From an uncultured delta proteobacterium (GTDB taxonomy: Bacteria > Desulfobacterota > Desulfobacteria > Desulfobacterales > JAFDCJ01), in the NCBI GenBank assembly GCA_963769935.1, contig CAVYNY010000009.1, positions 1 through 64,000 of the forward strand: a stretch of DNA of 64,000 nt, given 5' to 3'. The notes beneath the pieces are model-generated. The model had not been told where the DNA came from, did not search any database, and saw nothing but the letters and a program-made list of their open reading frames with translations. Below, piece after piece: positions 1 to 8,846 of the stretch; the stretch's first letter is position 1, and each line of letters begins with the position of its first letter. Both the position numbers and the translations under genes were made by a program.

Positions 1-3
1 TTT

Positions 4-1030
4 TTGATTACCACCTTTAATCAGCCATGCTTATATTATAGTTATAAATCTAACTACTGGTAAATATGGAGATATCGCATGGCAAAAAATAAAATACAAT
101 TTCAGAAAGGCATGAGCTTTGAGAATTTCATAGAACAGTACGGCACCGAAGATAAATGTCATGATCAGCTGTTTAAACTGCGCTGGGCGAGCGGCTTCGA
201 ATGCCCTATTTGCGGCAATAAGACCTATTGTGAAATTCATGCTAGAAAAATATTTCAATGTAATCGATGCCACTACCAGACATCGGTGACGGCCGGCACG
301 ATTTTCCACTCGACGCACCTGCCCCTCACAAAATGGTTTCTTGCTATGTTTTTGATCACACAAAGTAAAAATGGAATTTCCGCTCTGGAGCTGCATCGCC
401 AAATGGGCGTTTCTTATAATGCCGCCTGGAGAGTTAAACATAAAATCATGCAAGTCATGCTGGAGCGCGACAGTAGCAAACCTATTACCGGGCGAATCGA
501 AATTGACGATTCGTACCTTGGCGCTAAACGGGTGAGTGGAAAAAGGGGGCGTGGCGCTGGGAGAAAAACCCCCTTTGTTGCAGCCGTTGAGACAACTGAT
601 GATAAAAAGCCACTTCGAATTAAACTGTCGAAGGTAAAAGGCTTCAGTCAGCAGGAGATCAAGCGCTGGAGTATGCACAATTTGAGGTCTAATTGTATGG
701 TCGTCTCCGATGGTTTCTCCTGCTTTAAAGCAGTTGTAAATGCGGGATGCAATCATAGGCCTTTTATCGTAGGTGGCGGTAAGCAAGCCGTCGACCATCC
801 TGCCTTCAAATGGGTAAATACGATCCTTGGCAATGTGAAGAATTCTATGAAAGGTACTTATCATCGTTTTAGCCAGAAGCATACTTCTCGTTACCTGGCA
901 GAGTTTCAATACCGTTTTGACCGTCGGATTGACCTGGCAAGCATGCTGCCCCGCTTGGCGTATGCTTCGGTTCGTACGCCGCCAATGCCAATGCGACTTT
1001 TAAAGTTGGCTGAAAAAGAATGGTAATCAA
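4..1030 (+). mobile_element. IS1595-family insertion sequence, apparently complete
   Basis: Imperfect 23-bp terminal inverted repeats: 4-26 ttgattaccacctttaatcagcc and 1008-1030 ggctgaaaaagaatggtaatcaa (18/23 match). They enclose one transposase ORF. Confidence 0.88.
79..1026 (+). CDS. IS1595-family (ISXO2-like) DDE transposase
   Basis: N-terminal zinc ribbon CPIC...CNRC, AGTIFHSTHLPL, EIDDSY, SDG and YLAEFQYRFDRR motifs. Confidence 0.93.
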   Translation: MAKNKIQFQKGMSFENFIEQYGTEDKCHDQLFKLRWASGFECPICGNKTYCEIHARKIFQCNRCHYQTSVTAGTIFHSTHLPLTKWFLAMFLITQSKNGISALELHRQMGVSYNAAWRVKHKIMQVMLERDSSKPITGRIEIDDSYLGAKRVSGKRGRGAGRKTPFVAAVETTDDKKPLRIKLSKVKGFSQQEIKRWSMHNLRSNCMVVSDGFSCFKAVVNAGCNHRPFIVGGGKQAVDHPAFKWVNTILGNVKNSMKGTYHRFSQKHTSRYLAEFQYRFDRRIDLASMLPRLAYASVRTPPMPMRLLKLAEKEW

Positions 1031-1331
1031 TTAATTTTTTGTGCAATCGGATGGGGTCACTTCAAAAAGCTAAAAGTACCGATAACTGCTATTGCACGAA
1101 TTTCAGTCCGCTATTTCTTTGAGATACGATACCATTATCTTTAAAGCAAATTCCCAAGCTACTTCCTGCTTTAGTTTTTTAATGCTTACTTCCACACAAA
1201 GATAACCATTCATCGTGACGTTTGTTGCGGATCCCATGCGACTCCTGCCAATATTTCTGCCCCGACTCGCTTTGAGATTTAGCCGACGTCGGCACTTCCT
1301 CGGCAATCGGCTACACTGGCATGCTTCGGGC

Positions 1332-1568
1332 CTAATTGTACCCGCCCAGCGTGGTAATAACCGCCCCGTGTTCTACCGCCCAACGCCTAAACAGTTTTTC
1401 CTTTTTATCGTTGGGGAGCTTAAATGAAATCTTAACACCGGCCGGGGTGGATTGGCTACCGGCCGGGCGGCCTGATAGATCCATCGCCTTCTGGTTAACC
1501 ATGCCCGGTGTGGCCACAGGGTTATTAATGCTGGTTTGCTTTGGTATTAAAATCGTCACATTTCCCAT
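1332..1568 (-). CDS. hypothetical protein, 78 aa
   Basis: Strong SD (AAGGAGG) shortly upstream of the ATG at 1568; no family recognised. Confidence 0.45.
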   Translation of the reverse strand: MGNVTILIPKQTSINNPVATPGMVNQKAMDLSGRPAGSQSTPAGVKISFKLPNDKKEKLFRRWAVEHGAVITTLGGYN

Positions 1569-2222
1569 AGCGCTTTCCTCCTTTGGTATTCGTTGTAAAG
1601 TTGGTATTGCTTAAACACAAATTCCTCGACCCTGGTATCCTTGGTAGGCGGTTGCTTTAGCGGTTCTTGTACCACCACGCCGTATGTGGCCGCTTCCGTC
1701 CTAAACCGGTATGCCGCCGGTAGGGCTGCTTTTAACACGCCTGAATGAATCCCTGGCAATTGTTGTCCAGCGGATTAAAGCGTCCATGGCTGCGGATGCT
1801 TGCTCTGACTTAGCGATGCGGAAAACGAACAGTATCTTCTGATGGCGACAGATGGTTTGAATCCTGCTTCATTCGGTAAGGTGCAGGTAGGATTTAATTA
1901 AGGGCTGGTGGGCCGGGCAGGTAACGCAGATCTCTGAAAGAAGATCACCAGCAAAAAAAGTGACCCACATAAAATAAATTATGAATCACCTTTAACAGTT
2001 ATTTCATTTATCTCATTCAGAAAGGATCCACGCACACCCAAGAAACCTGTCAAGTGCCACGTACCAAACCCCCTTTTTTAAAGTATGACCGTTGGAGGCT
2101 CAAAGCCGTCCCATGGTATATTTATAGGTGTCGAAGTTGGTGTGACACTTAACATTTAAAAGCTACGCATGAATCGTGCAAAGTCAATGAAGTAAAGCTA
2201 TTTTTATAAAGAAACATTCGAG

Positions 2223-2924
2223 AATATTCTAAGACGCTATGTTGATTTTTATGGCGATGAGCGTATCTTCGCAGATGTTCTAATTCCATCATTGCGGGAG
2301 AAACTCTCCAATCTTTCGGAGTTTATGCGTGAAATCAAGGTCGGTTTTGCCCGGTTTTACAACCGACGTAACAACCGGCGAGGTTATTTCTGGGGAGACC
2401 GGTTCAAGAGTGTCATTGTTGAAAAGGGAGAAACCTTAATCAATTGCCTGGCCTATATTGACTTAAATCCCTTGCGGGCCGGTTTAGTTGAGCGTCCTGA
2501 GCAGTATCGCTGGAATTCACTTGGGTATCATGTCCAGACCAACAATCGGGACAACTTTCTTTCCACTGACTTTGGCTTAAAAGAATTCAATATCAAAAGC
2601 AAAAAAGAGCGCATCAGAAGGTATCACCGATTTATCTATGAAGCTGGATCGGTGAGTAAGCCAGAGAAAGGCAACGTCAAGGTCATCGATAATAAGGTGC
2701 TTGAAAAAGAGCGTCGCACGGGGTTTGAACTCCGCCGAAGCGATCGTTTCAGATATCGCACGCGCTATTTTACGGATTCGGGCATCATCGGCTCGAAGGA
2801 ATTTGTGGCAGAAAATTACAAGCGGTTTAAACATCTATTTTTCTCAAAGAATGAAAAAGAGCCAAAACCGATCAAGGGGTCGGAGGGGATATACTCGCTG
2901 AAACGATTATCTGAAATCGTCTAA
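2223..2924 (+). pseudogene. REP-associated tyrosine (Y1/IS200-like) transposase, 5'-truncated
   Basis: LSEFMREIK..FARFYNRR..RRGYFWGDRFKS and LAYIDLNPLRAGLVERPEQYRWNS (catalytic Tyr region) are present; the N-terminal HUH part is absent. Confidence 0.8.
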
Positions 2925-2963
2925 ATTCACGATATAATCGATCTTCTTTGTTGAAAATTTGGC

Positions 2964-2992
2964 TTGACACTATGGTATAACAGCAATATTAA
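2964..2992 (+). promoter_or_regulatory. sigma70 promoter of the brnT/brnA operon
   Basis: TTGACA (2964-2969), 17-nt spacer, TATTAA (2987-2992). Confidence 0.6.
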
Positions 2993-2999
2993 ATCACTC

Positions 3000-3278
3000 A
3001 TGAGAATCAAATTCGATAAGAAAAAAAGCGAACAACTTCGAAATGATCCAAGGCGAAAAATCGGATTTGAAGAAGCACAAGAATTATTTGATAATGTATT
3101 TATCGAAGATCAACATATCGACTATCCGCATCAATGGCGCGCAACGGGTTGGGTTCAGGGGGAACTGTATACGGTGGTTTATGAAGAATGAAAAGATAAG
3201 GACGGCGAATACTATCACCTTGTTAAGCTTTGGAAAGCAACAAAAATGGAAAGATTAAAATATGAAGAAAACACCTAA
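3000..3278 (+). pseudogene. BrnT-family toxin interrupted by an in-frame TGA at 3189-3191
   Basis: MRIKFDKKKS...IGFEEAQELF...LYTVVYEE*KDKDGEYYHLVKLWKATKMERLKYEENT. The frame continues past the TGA and overlaps the antitoxin start. Confidence 0.75.
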
Positions 3279-3543
3279 AAAAATGACTCCCACAATAGAT
3301 GAAATATCTGAGATGGCGGCCGAAGGAAAGGATGTTTCAGAATATTTTACCAAAAAATTTAGAGTAAGACAGCCGCTTGAAAAGGTTCAAATTCAAAGGG
3401 TCAATGTGGATTTTAATCTTGATATGCTTGAAGAATTAGATTCGCTTGCAAAAGAGTTAAATGTCAGTCGTCAAGCAGTCATTAAAGTATATTTGCGCCA
3501 GGCACTTGATCAGCATCGAATAGCAAGGCAAATGACGGGTTAA
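3262..3543 (+). CDS. BrnA/CopG-type ribbon-helix-helix antitoxin
   Basis: QRVNVDF..DMLEELD..A..LNVSRQAVIK motif; directly downstream of the BrnT-like gene. Confidence 0.8.
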   Translation: MKKTPKKMTPTIDEISEMAAEGKDVSEYFTKKFRVRQPLEKVQIQRVNVDFNLDMLEELDSLAKELNVSRQAVIKVYLRQALDQHRIARQMTG

Positions 3544-3851
3544 AAGTAAAAGTTTCGGAATTATACAGATTCCTGGAATTTTTAGTTTTTGGGTATGCCG
3601 TCTTATCAACCCTTTTCTCAAAAGAGTGATTTTGACCCAGAATTGGACCGGCTGAGAGCGCGTTTTGCAGTTATGCATTCCTTTTATAATGAAAATCCTC
3701 ATCGGGGTCCGACCCTAACTCCCGGTTTTCTTTTATTTGAAGCTGACCATTAGGTTTTCTTGAAAATAAATCCCTGACTAATTTTATTCAATCAATAGTG
3801 CAAAATATAAAAGGCACTCCCAATTGGACCGTAAGTGCCTGTTTTTTATTA

Positions 3852-3899
3852 TGGTACGCCCGGCCCGATTCGAACGGGCGACCTACGGATTCGAAGTCC
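3852..3899 (-). repeat. att site: 48-bp copy of the 3' half of tRNA-Arg(TCG)
   Basis: tggtacgcccggcccgattcgaacgggcgacctacggattcgaagtcc matches the tRNA 3' half at 15415-15485, apart from the 23-bp duplication there. Confidence 0.92.
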
Positions 3900-4009
3900 A
3901 GGATTCTTAAAATTAAAAAATGTCGTGATTTCAACCGGTTGATTCTATTGCAATTTTTCAGCTAACTTTTGGTTTCGTTTGGAAATGTTTGGAAATATTT
4001 GACCTTGAC

Positions 4010-4030
4010 GGGCACAATTTGGGCACAATT
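4010..4030 (+). repeat. putative integrase arm-binding sites (tandem GGGCACAATT)
   Basis: gggcacaattt-gggcacaatt about 110 bp inside the left att; inverted copy attgtgccc at 15343-15351 near the tRNA. Confidence 0.55.
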
Positions 4031-4628
4031 CAATTGATTCTTAAGGATATTCATAAAATCACGACCGCCTCTTCCCCATCTGAAATCATTATCATCCATG
4101 ATCAATCCTCATCACCCGGCACAGATGATCTGCCTTCGCTTCTGTTGCTTCGGTGAGACAAATTACATAATCCAATCAGATTATCCGCTTGAATTCTCCT
4201 TTTAAGAAATCCAGTTGAGACCATACCGGTGAGATATGCTCAAACTGGCCTGAAATTGCAACACCGATGTAAAGACTTTAGTTATTCGGGCTTGTATCGT
4301 TTGCACTATTGGGCGCTTCAATATGCTTGGGAGCACCTAAACGGATACAGAATTCACAATTTTCACTTAGTTCGCCCTCAAAAAGCAACGTCTTATCTTT
4401 ATCTTTTCAAAAAACCCTCATCTCACAACTCCAATTTCAAGGGCTACCCGATCATCGAAAATCTTTCAATTAGCTGCAAAATCCCAATCTTATCTCAACT
4501 CCTACCGTTACATCGCCTTCCAAAGATTAATCTCGGATCAAAAACAGGAAATAAGGTTGACCTTTTCCTGATATTTTTGTTAAATGCCCGGTAGATTCAA
4601 AAAGCAATTTCCTATCAACTCAACTATA

Positions 4629-5180
4629 ATGAATATATGAGTGCTCAAGATTGCGGTCGCTTCACCTTCGGACGTCCAGGCTGAGCGAGATTTGCTCGAA
4701 CGAGTGACGGCGGAGCTGAATCGAGGTATTGCCCAATATCGCGGGCTGTGACTCGAATTCGTACGATGGGAAACCGACACGCATCCCGGCTTTCATCCCA
4801 AAGGCCCACAAGGCTTAATAGATCCTATTTTACGCGTTGAAGACACTCATAGTGAGATCAAAGCGGGCGAAGATTGGACTGTGAGAATCGAAGAAGCGTT
4901 GCGGTCCGCGAAAGTAGCAGTCCTTGTCGTCACTCAGAACTTCCTTTCGTCAAGGTTTATTGCCGAAAAACAACTTCCTGCGCTGATAGACAGAGCGGCG
5001 TCTGAGGGGCTGCAGATTCTCTGGATTGCGGTCAGTGCGAGCACCGTTGAGAACACGGAGATCATGAAATACCAAACGCTTAACGATCCCCGTGGGCCTT
5101 TAGAGGATCTCGAACCCGCGCAGCAGAGCAAAGATTTTCTCAAAATCTACAAGAGAATCGTGGAGGCCGTGGCCGTCTAG
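4629..5180 (+). pseudogene. DUF4062-like N-terminus fused in frame to a TIR_2 C-terminal half; two in-frame TGA (4638, 4749)
   Basis: VLKIAVASPSDVQAERD...RWETDTHPGFHPKGPQGLIDPIL followed by IKAGEDW..RIEEALRSAKVAVLVVTQNFLSSRFI; all one frame from ATG 4629. Confidence 0.7.
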
Positions 5181-5318
5181 TGCGTTAGTGCACGCCTTCG
5201 CCCGGCGCCCCGGCGGGGGCCGTTGATTCGCTCGACCGGCATGGTCTATAATTCCCCAATAAGGGCAAAGTGAGAGATCTTGACCAAGCTGGATTTCTGA
5301 GAAACGTCGGACAATGTC

Positions 5319-7016
5319 ATGAATGATGTATTCATTAGCTACGATAGCTCCGATCGCCAAACCGCGCAGAAATTTGCCGACGCTTTGGAACCTTATGGGT
5401 GGTCGGTGTGGTGGGACCGCGAGATCCCGGTTGGCAAGAGCTTTGATCAGGTTATCGAAGAGGAATTGAACACTGCCCGCTGCGTGGTGGTGCTGTGGTC
5501 CAAAGAGTCAGTCCAATCTCGATGGGTAAAAACCGAATCTTCAGCGGCGGCCGATAGAGATCGCCTCGCGCCGGTATTGATCGACGACGCCGCAATTCCC
5601 TTGGAGTTCAAACGGATTCAGACCGCCATGCTCCAGGATTGGAACGGAGACACCTCAATCCCGGAGTTTCAAAGACTCGTTCAGGCGATTAGAGATTTGG
5701 TTGGTCGATCGGAGCCAGCCGGGCGCGTTGCGCCGCACGAAACACAAAATAAAAGTAAAACCGCAAGCGCACCGTGGCTTTCGCTTCGCTTGTTGGGCGC
5801 AATCGCCGCTGTGGTGCTTGTCATCGTGGGTCTTTTATTTGCCTGGAAAGCGCTCCGTGAAACTCAGCACGAGACTACCCCGTCTGCCTCCAACGACGCA
5901 GCCAACAATATCAGTCCTCCATCTCCTGCAAATACGAACAGCTCGGTTACGCCCTCTCAGACGGTTTCCGGCAGTCAAAAGCCAGCGCCACCCAAGAGCA
6001 CTTTCCCGATCAAGATCGGCGATAAGATCGACGATGGCGTTCCAGCTCCTGGCGCCGGCAGCATCGAAACGCCCTATGCCCAGGATGCTTACTCCTTTAC
6101 CGCTGCCGCGGGCCAGCGGGTCTATTTTCGCATGCTGCGCCACAGCAACGGATTGGCTTACATCAAATGGCGCTTGACGGACGCGGATGGAATGGAAATA
6201 TTCAACACCTGTCTCGGGTGCAGTGAACCTGGAGTACAAATCTTAAGCAAAGGAGGAAACTACACGCTCACGGTGGGCTCCGACAGCGATGCAGCCACCG
6301 GCACTTATCAACTGCAATTATTCAACGTGCCGCCCCCGAATCGGTTCTCGATCAAGATCGGCGATATCATCAAAGAGAGCACTCCCGGGCCGGGCGCGGG
6401 CGCTGTCGGAAGTCCCGGCGCTGAGAGTATCTACACCTTTACAGCAGCGCCCCGGCAAAACGTTTATTTTCGAATGTTCGAGAGCAGTAACGGGATGTCC
6501 TACATTAATTGGAACCTGGTGGACGACAACGGCATGGAAGTGTTCAACACCTGCCTCGGATGCAGCGAGCCCGGCGTGCAAACACTGATCAAAGGCGGAA
6601 CCTACACGCTCACGGTGGGCAACAAGACCGACGCTTCCACCGGCACCTACCGGCTGCAGCTTTTCAACGTTCCGCCTCCGAACCAATTTTCCATCAAGAT
6701 CGGCGATAAGATCAGACCGGGAGTGCCAGGCGCAGGAGCGGGTATGATCGAAACCCCGGGCGTGGAGGACATTTATACCTTTAGCGCCACGCCGGGCCAG
6801 AAGGTCTATTTCCACCTGTTCGAACATGAGAAAGGAATGAACTACATCAAATGGCGCTTGGTCGATGAGAACAGCGCGGAGATATTTAACACCTGCCTCG
6901 GCTGCAGTGAGCCCGGTGTCCAGACGTTGACAAGAGGCGGGAAACACATGCTCATCGTCGGCAACCGTACTAACCCTGCGACGGGGACTTACGCCTTCGA
7001 AACCGGCTCGCGGTAA
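5319..7016 (+). CDS. TIR domain - single TM helix - three 114-aa PPC-like beta-sandwich repeats
   Basis: DVFISY, WWDREIPVG and SRWVKTE (Glu73); hydrophobic segment at aa ~158-176; Ser/Pro/Asn linker; repeats at exact 342-nt spacing (6009, 6351, 6693). Confidence 0.88.
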   Translation: MNDVFISYDSSDRQTAQKFADALEPYGWSVWWDREIPVGKSFDQVIEEELNTARCVVVLWSKESVQSRWVKTESSAAADRDRLAPVLIDDAAIPLEFKRIQTAMLQDWNGDTSIPEFQRLVQAIRDLVGRSEPAGRVAPHETQNKSKTASAPWLSLRLLGAIAAVVLVIVGLLFAWKALRETQHETTPSASNDAANNISPPSPANTNSSVTPSQTVSGSQKPAPPKSTFPIKIGDKIDDGVPAPGAGSIETPYAQDAYSFTAAAGQRVYFRMLRHSNGLAYIKWRLTDADGMEIFNTCLGCSEPGVQILSKGGNYTLTVGSDSDAATGTYQLQLFNVPPPNRFSIKIGDIIKESTPGPGAGAVGSPGAESIYTFTAAPRQNVYFRMFESSNGMSYINWNLVDDNGMEVFNTCLGCSEPGVQTLIKGGTYTLTVGNKTDASTGTYRLQLFNVPPPNQFSIKIGDKIRPGVPGAGAGMIETPGVEDIYTFSATPGQKVYFHLFEHEKGMNYIKWRLVDENSAEIFNTCLGCSEPGVQTLTRGGKHMLIVGNRTNPATGTYAFETGSR

Positions 7017-7155
7017 AGCCAAACTCCTGCTGACCTATCTTTGGTACAACCGGTCAATAAAACCAGTTTCATCCAACTCCTTCACGAACCGCGTTTCCAT
7101 GAAAAAGAACTATGCCCGCAGCGAGCTATGTGGTATCGACAATATTCCCCTAAAG

Positions 7156-7272
7156 TCGTCACCCCCGAATGTTTCTATCGGGGGTCCGGTCAGAATTCCG
7201 CCTGGATTCCCGCTTCAGCCTGCGGCTGATGCGTCCGAAGCCCGGTGGCGGAAAAAGCATGCGGGAATGACG
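7156..7272. repeat. REP/dRS3-like palindromic repeat
   Basis: gtcacccccga...tcgggggtcc and ctggattcccgc...gcgggaatgac hairpins downstream of the TIR gene. Confidence 0.55.
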
Positions 7273-7411
7273 GACTTTGAGGGGACTAGGAATTGCCCTC
7301 ACGCAGCTGGCTGCGGGATACTTCTCTTCAAGGTATTCATTGATGATACACGATTCGTATCTGAAGCCGTCTGAAATATTCTTTTGAAAGAAAGGAGAAT
7401 TTCATCATTAG

Positions 7412-7753
7412 TTATTCTAAATTCTCAACAATTCGCACAATTTCTTTTTTGAGAACGGGGATATCTTTTTTAACGGTGAGTCACACTGTATCTATGTCAA
7501 CACCAAAGTAATCGTGGATAAGCTTGTCACGCATACCGGCAATGTCCTGCCAAGGTAAGAGAGGAGCGAGGCTTTTCAAATCTCCCGAAAGTCTTTTCAT
7601 CGCCTCGCCTATGATTTCAATCTGCCTAATTACACCGTCCTGGACCAGATCATTTTTTTTAAAAGCCTCTTCATCATTAGCTTGAAGGTATTTTTCTATT
7701 TTCTTTATTGCATCCGGAATGTGATTCAAAAATGCAGATTGGTCAGTTTTCAT
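7412..7753 (-). pseudogene. HepT-like (DUF86, HEPN) RNase toxin with in-frame TGA at 7483-7481
   Basis: IEIIGEA, PWQDIAGMRDKLIHDYFGVD (R-x4-H); frame continues *LTVKKDIPVLKKEI to TAA at 7412; the stop sits where Trp is usual. Confidence 0.82.
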
Positions 7754-7925
7754 AAATAACCTTCAATTCGCTTAAAATTCTATCTCTCAAATAAGGGCTT
7801 ATGGCAGCTTCAGTCAACAAATCAACTTTTTTACCAAGTGCTGTCGATAGTTCCCGTTCCATTCTTACAATATCTACAGGCTTTTCCTCTTTGAGAACTT
7901 CACCATGAGATCGATGTCACTCTTC
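7743..7925 (-). pseudogene. MNT nucleotidyltransferase antitoxin remnant, 5'-truncated and frameshifted
   Basis: SDIDLMVKFSKRKSL, then a frame change to MERELSTALGKKVDLLTEAAISPYLRDRI; overlaps the HepT start. Confidence 0.75.
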
Positions 7926-7926
7926 G

Positions 7927-8205
7927 ATGTATCTGAGATTAAATGTGTCTCTATTGCTTATTCAGTATCTAATTGTAATTACAATTGGCGGCCTTTTATA
8001 CTTTCTTTATAAAGAGAACAACCAAAAAGAAGAAGAGGAATTAGGTGAACCAAAGGTTTTAAATAAGATAAAAAGAGTTAATTCTTCTTTAAAAATAGAT
8101 AATGGCAAATCAGAATGGATTTGTAAATGTGGTACTCATAACCAAATAGATTTGGCCAACTGCTCTAATTGCAATTTAAATAAATTTATGCGGTTATCCA
8201 TTTAG
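7927..8205 (+). CDS. small membrane protein (fragment) with RanBP2-like zinc finger
   Basis: N-terminal hydrophobic helix; WICKCGTHN-x6-CSNC; very AT-rich; the stop lies inside the left end of the adjacent MITE. Confidence 0.5.
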   Translation: MYLRLNVSLLLIQYLIVITIGGLLYFLYKENNQKEEEELGEPKVLNKIKRVNSSLKIDNGKSEWICKCGTHNQIDLANCSNCNLNKFMRLSI

Positions 8206-8466
8206 CCCAAGTTAAAACGTCCGACAGGCCAGCGGGCATTCGGTTTGAAGCCGGCCAAAACTCGTGCTTAAGGCGCAGTAGGGACCGCCGCTGCCCAGAC
8301 TGCTAAGTAAGGTCAAGGATAAAGAGCAGTTGGGTCACACGGACCCAGTTGATTTAAGCGGCGGTCCTAACATCGCCTAAATCACTCAGACAGTTGCCCG
8401 TCCTCAAACCGAATGCCCGCTGGCCCCCATGCAATATCACTTGGGTCATGTGCATATCCGCATTAA
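8185..8466. mobile_element. MITE-like element with IS1595-type ends and an internal ~200-nt hairpin
   Basis: Imperfect 28-bp terminal IRs (8185-8212 / 8439-8466, 21/28); left end closely resembles the IS1595 remnant end at 13977-14005; perfect 22-bp internal IR at 8227-8248 / 8404-8425. Confidence 0.62.
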
Positions 8467-8846
8467 TCTATTTAAAATTTGTTTCTTTTGTCCGAATTGA
8501 TAATTCTCTGATATGCGTTATTTTAGTATACGTTGCCTTTAATTACCTGCGGGACCGGGAATTTTTCGAACCCGACCCGCCAATTACATGAAAGCGCATT
8601 AAAATTTTTCTGGCTTATATACAATATTAGGGGCAAGGAACTTAGCAATTTATTTCACCCCACCCGGCCTCCCCCGTCAATGGGGAGGAGTTTAGCTTCC
8701 CCGGGCGGGAGGGATTGAGAGAGGGGGATAAATTGACATCTACCTTACTTTTTTAGATAGGCTCGAAATTTTTAACGCTATGATGATATCTCTAATCTGG
8801 TTCCCGGATTTTGAGCGACTTTCTTTAAATACTGCTAACATAAACC

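Noticed and set aside
31..909. 292-aa antisense ORF over the IS1595 transposase
   Set aside because: Shadow of the transposase frame; no independent motifs.
4040..4594. ORF 4229-4594 and stop-interrupted minus-strand frames as an integrase remnant
   Set aside because: No tyrosine or serine recombinase motifs recognisable.
3189..7483. Selenocysteine at the in-frame TGA codons
   Set aside because: Positions correspond to Arg/Trp, not Cys, and no SECIS-like hairpin was evident.
8206..8430. Integron attC site or group II intron fragment
   Set aside because: No properly placed RYYYAAC/GTTRRRY boxes, no integron integrase, no domain V motif.
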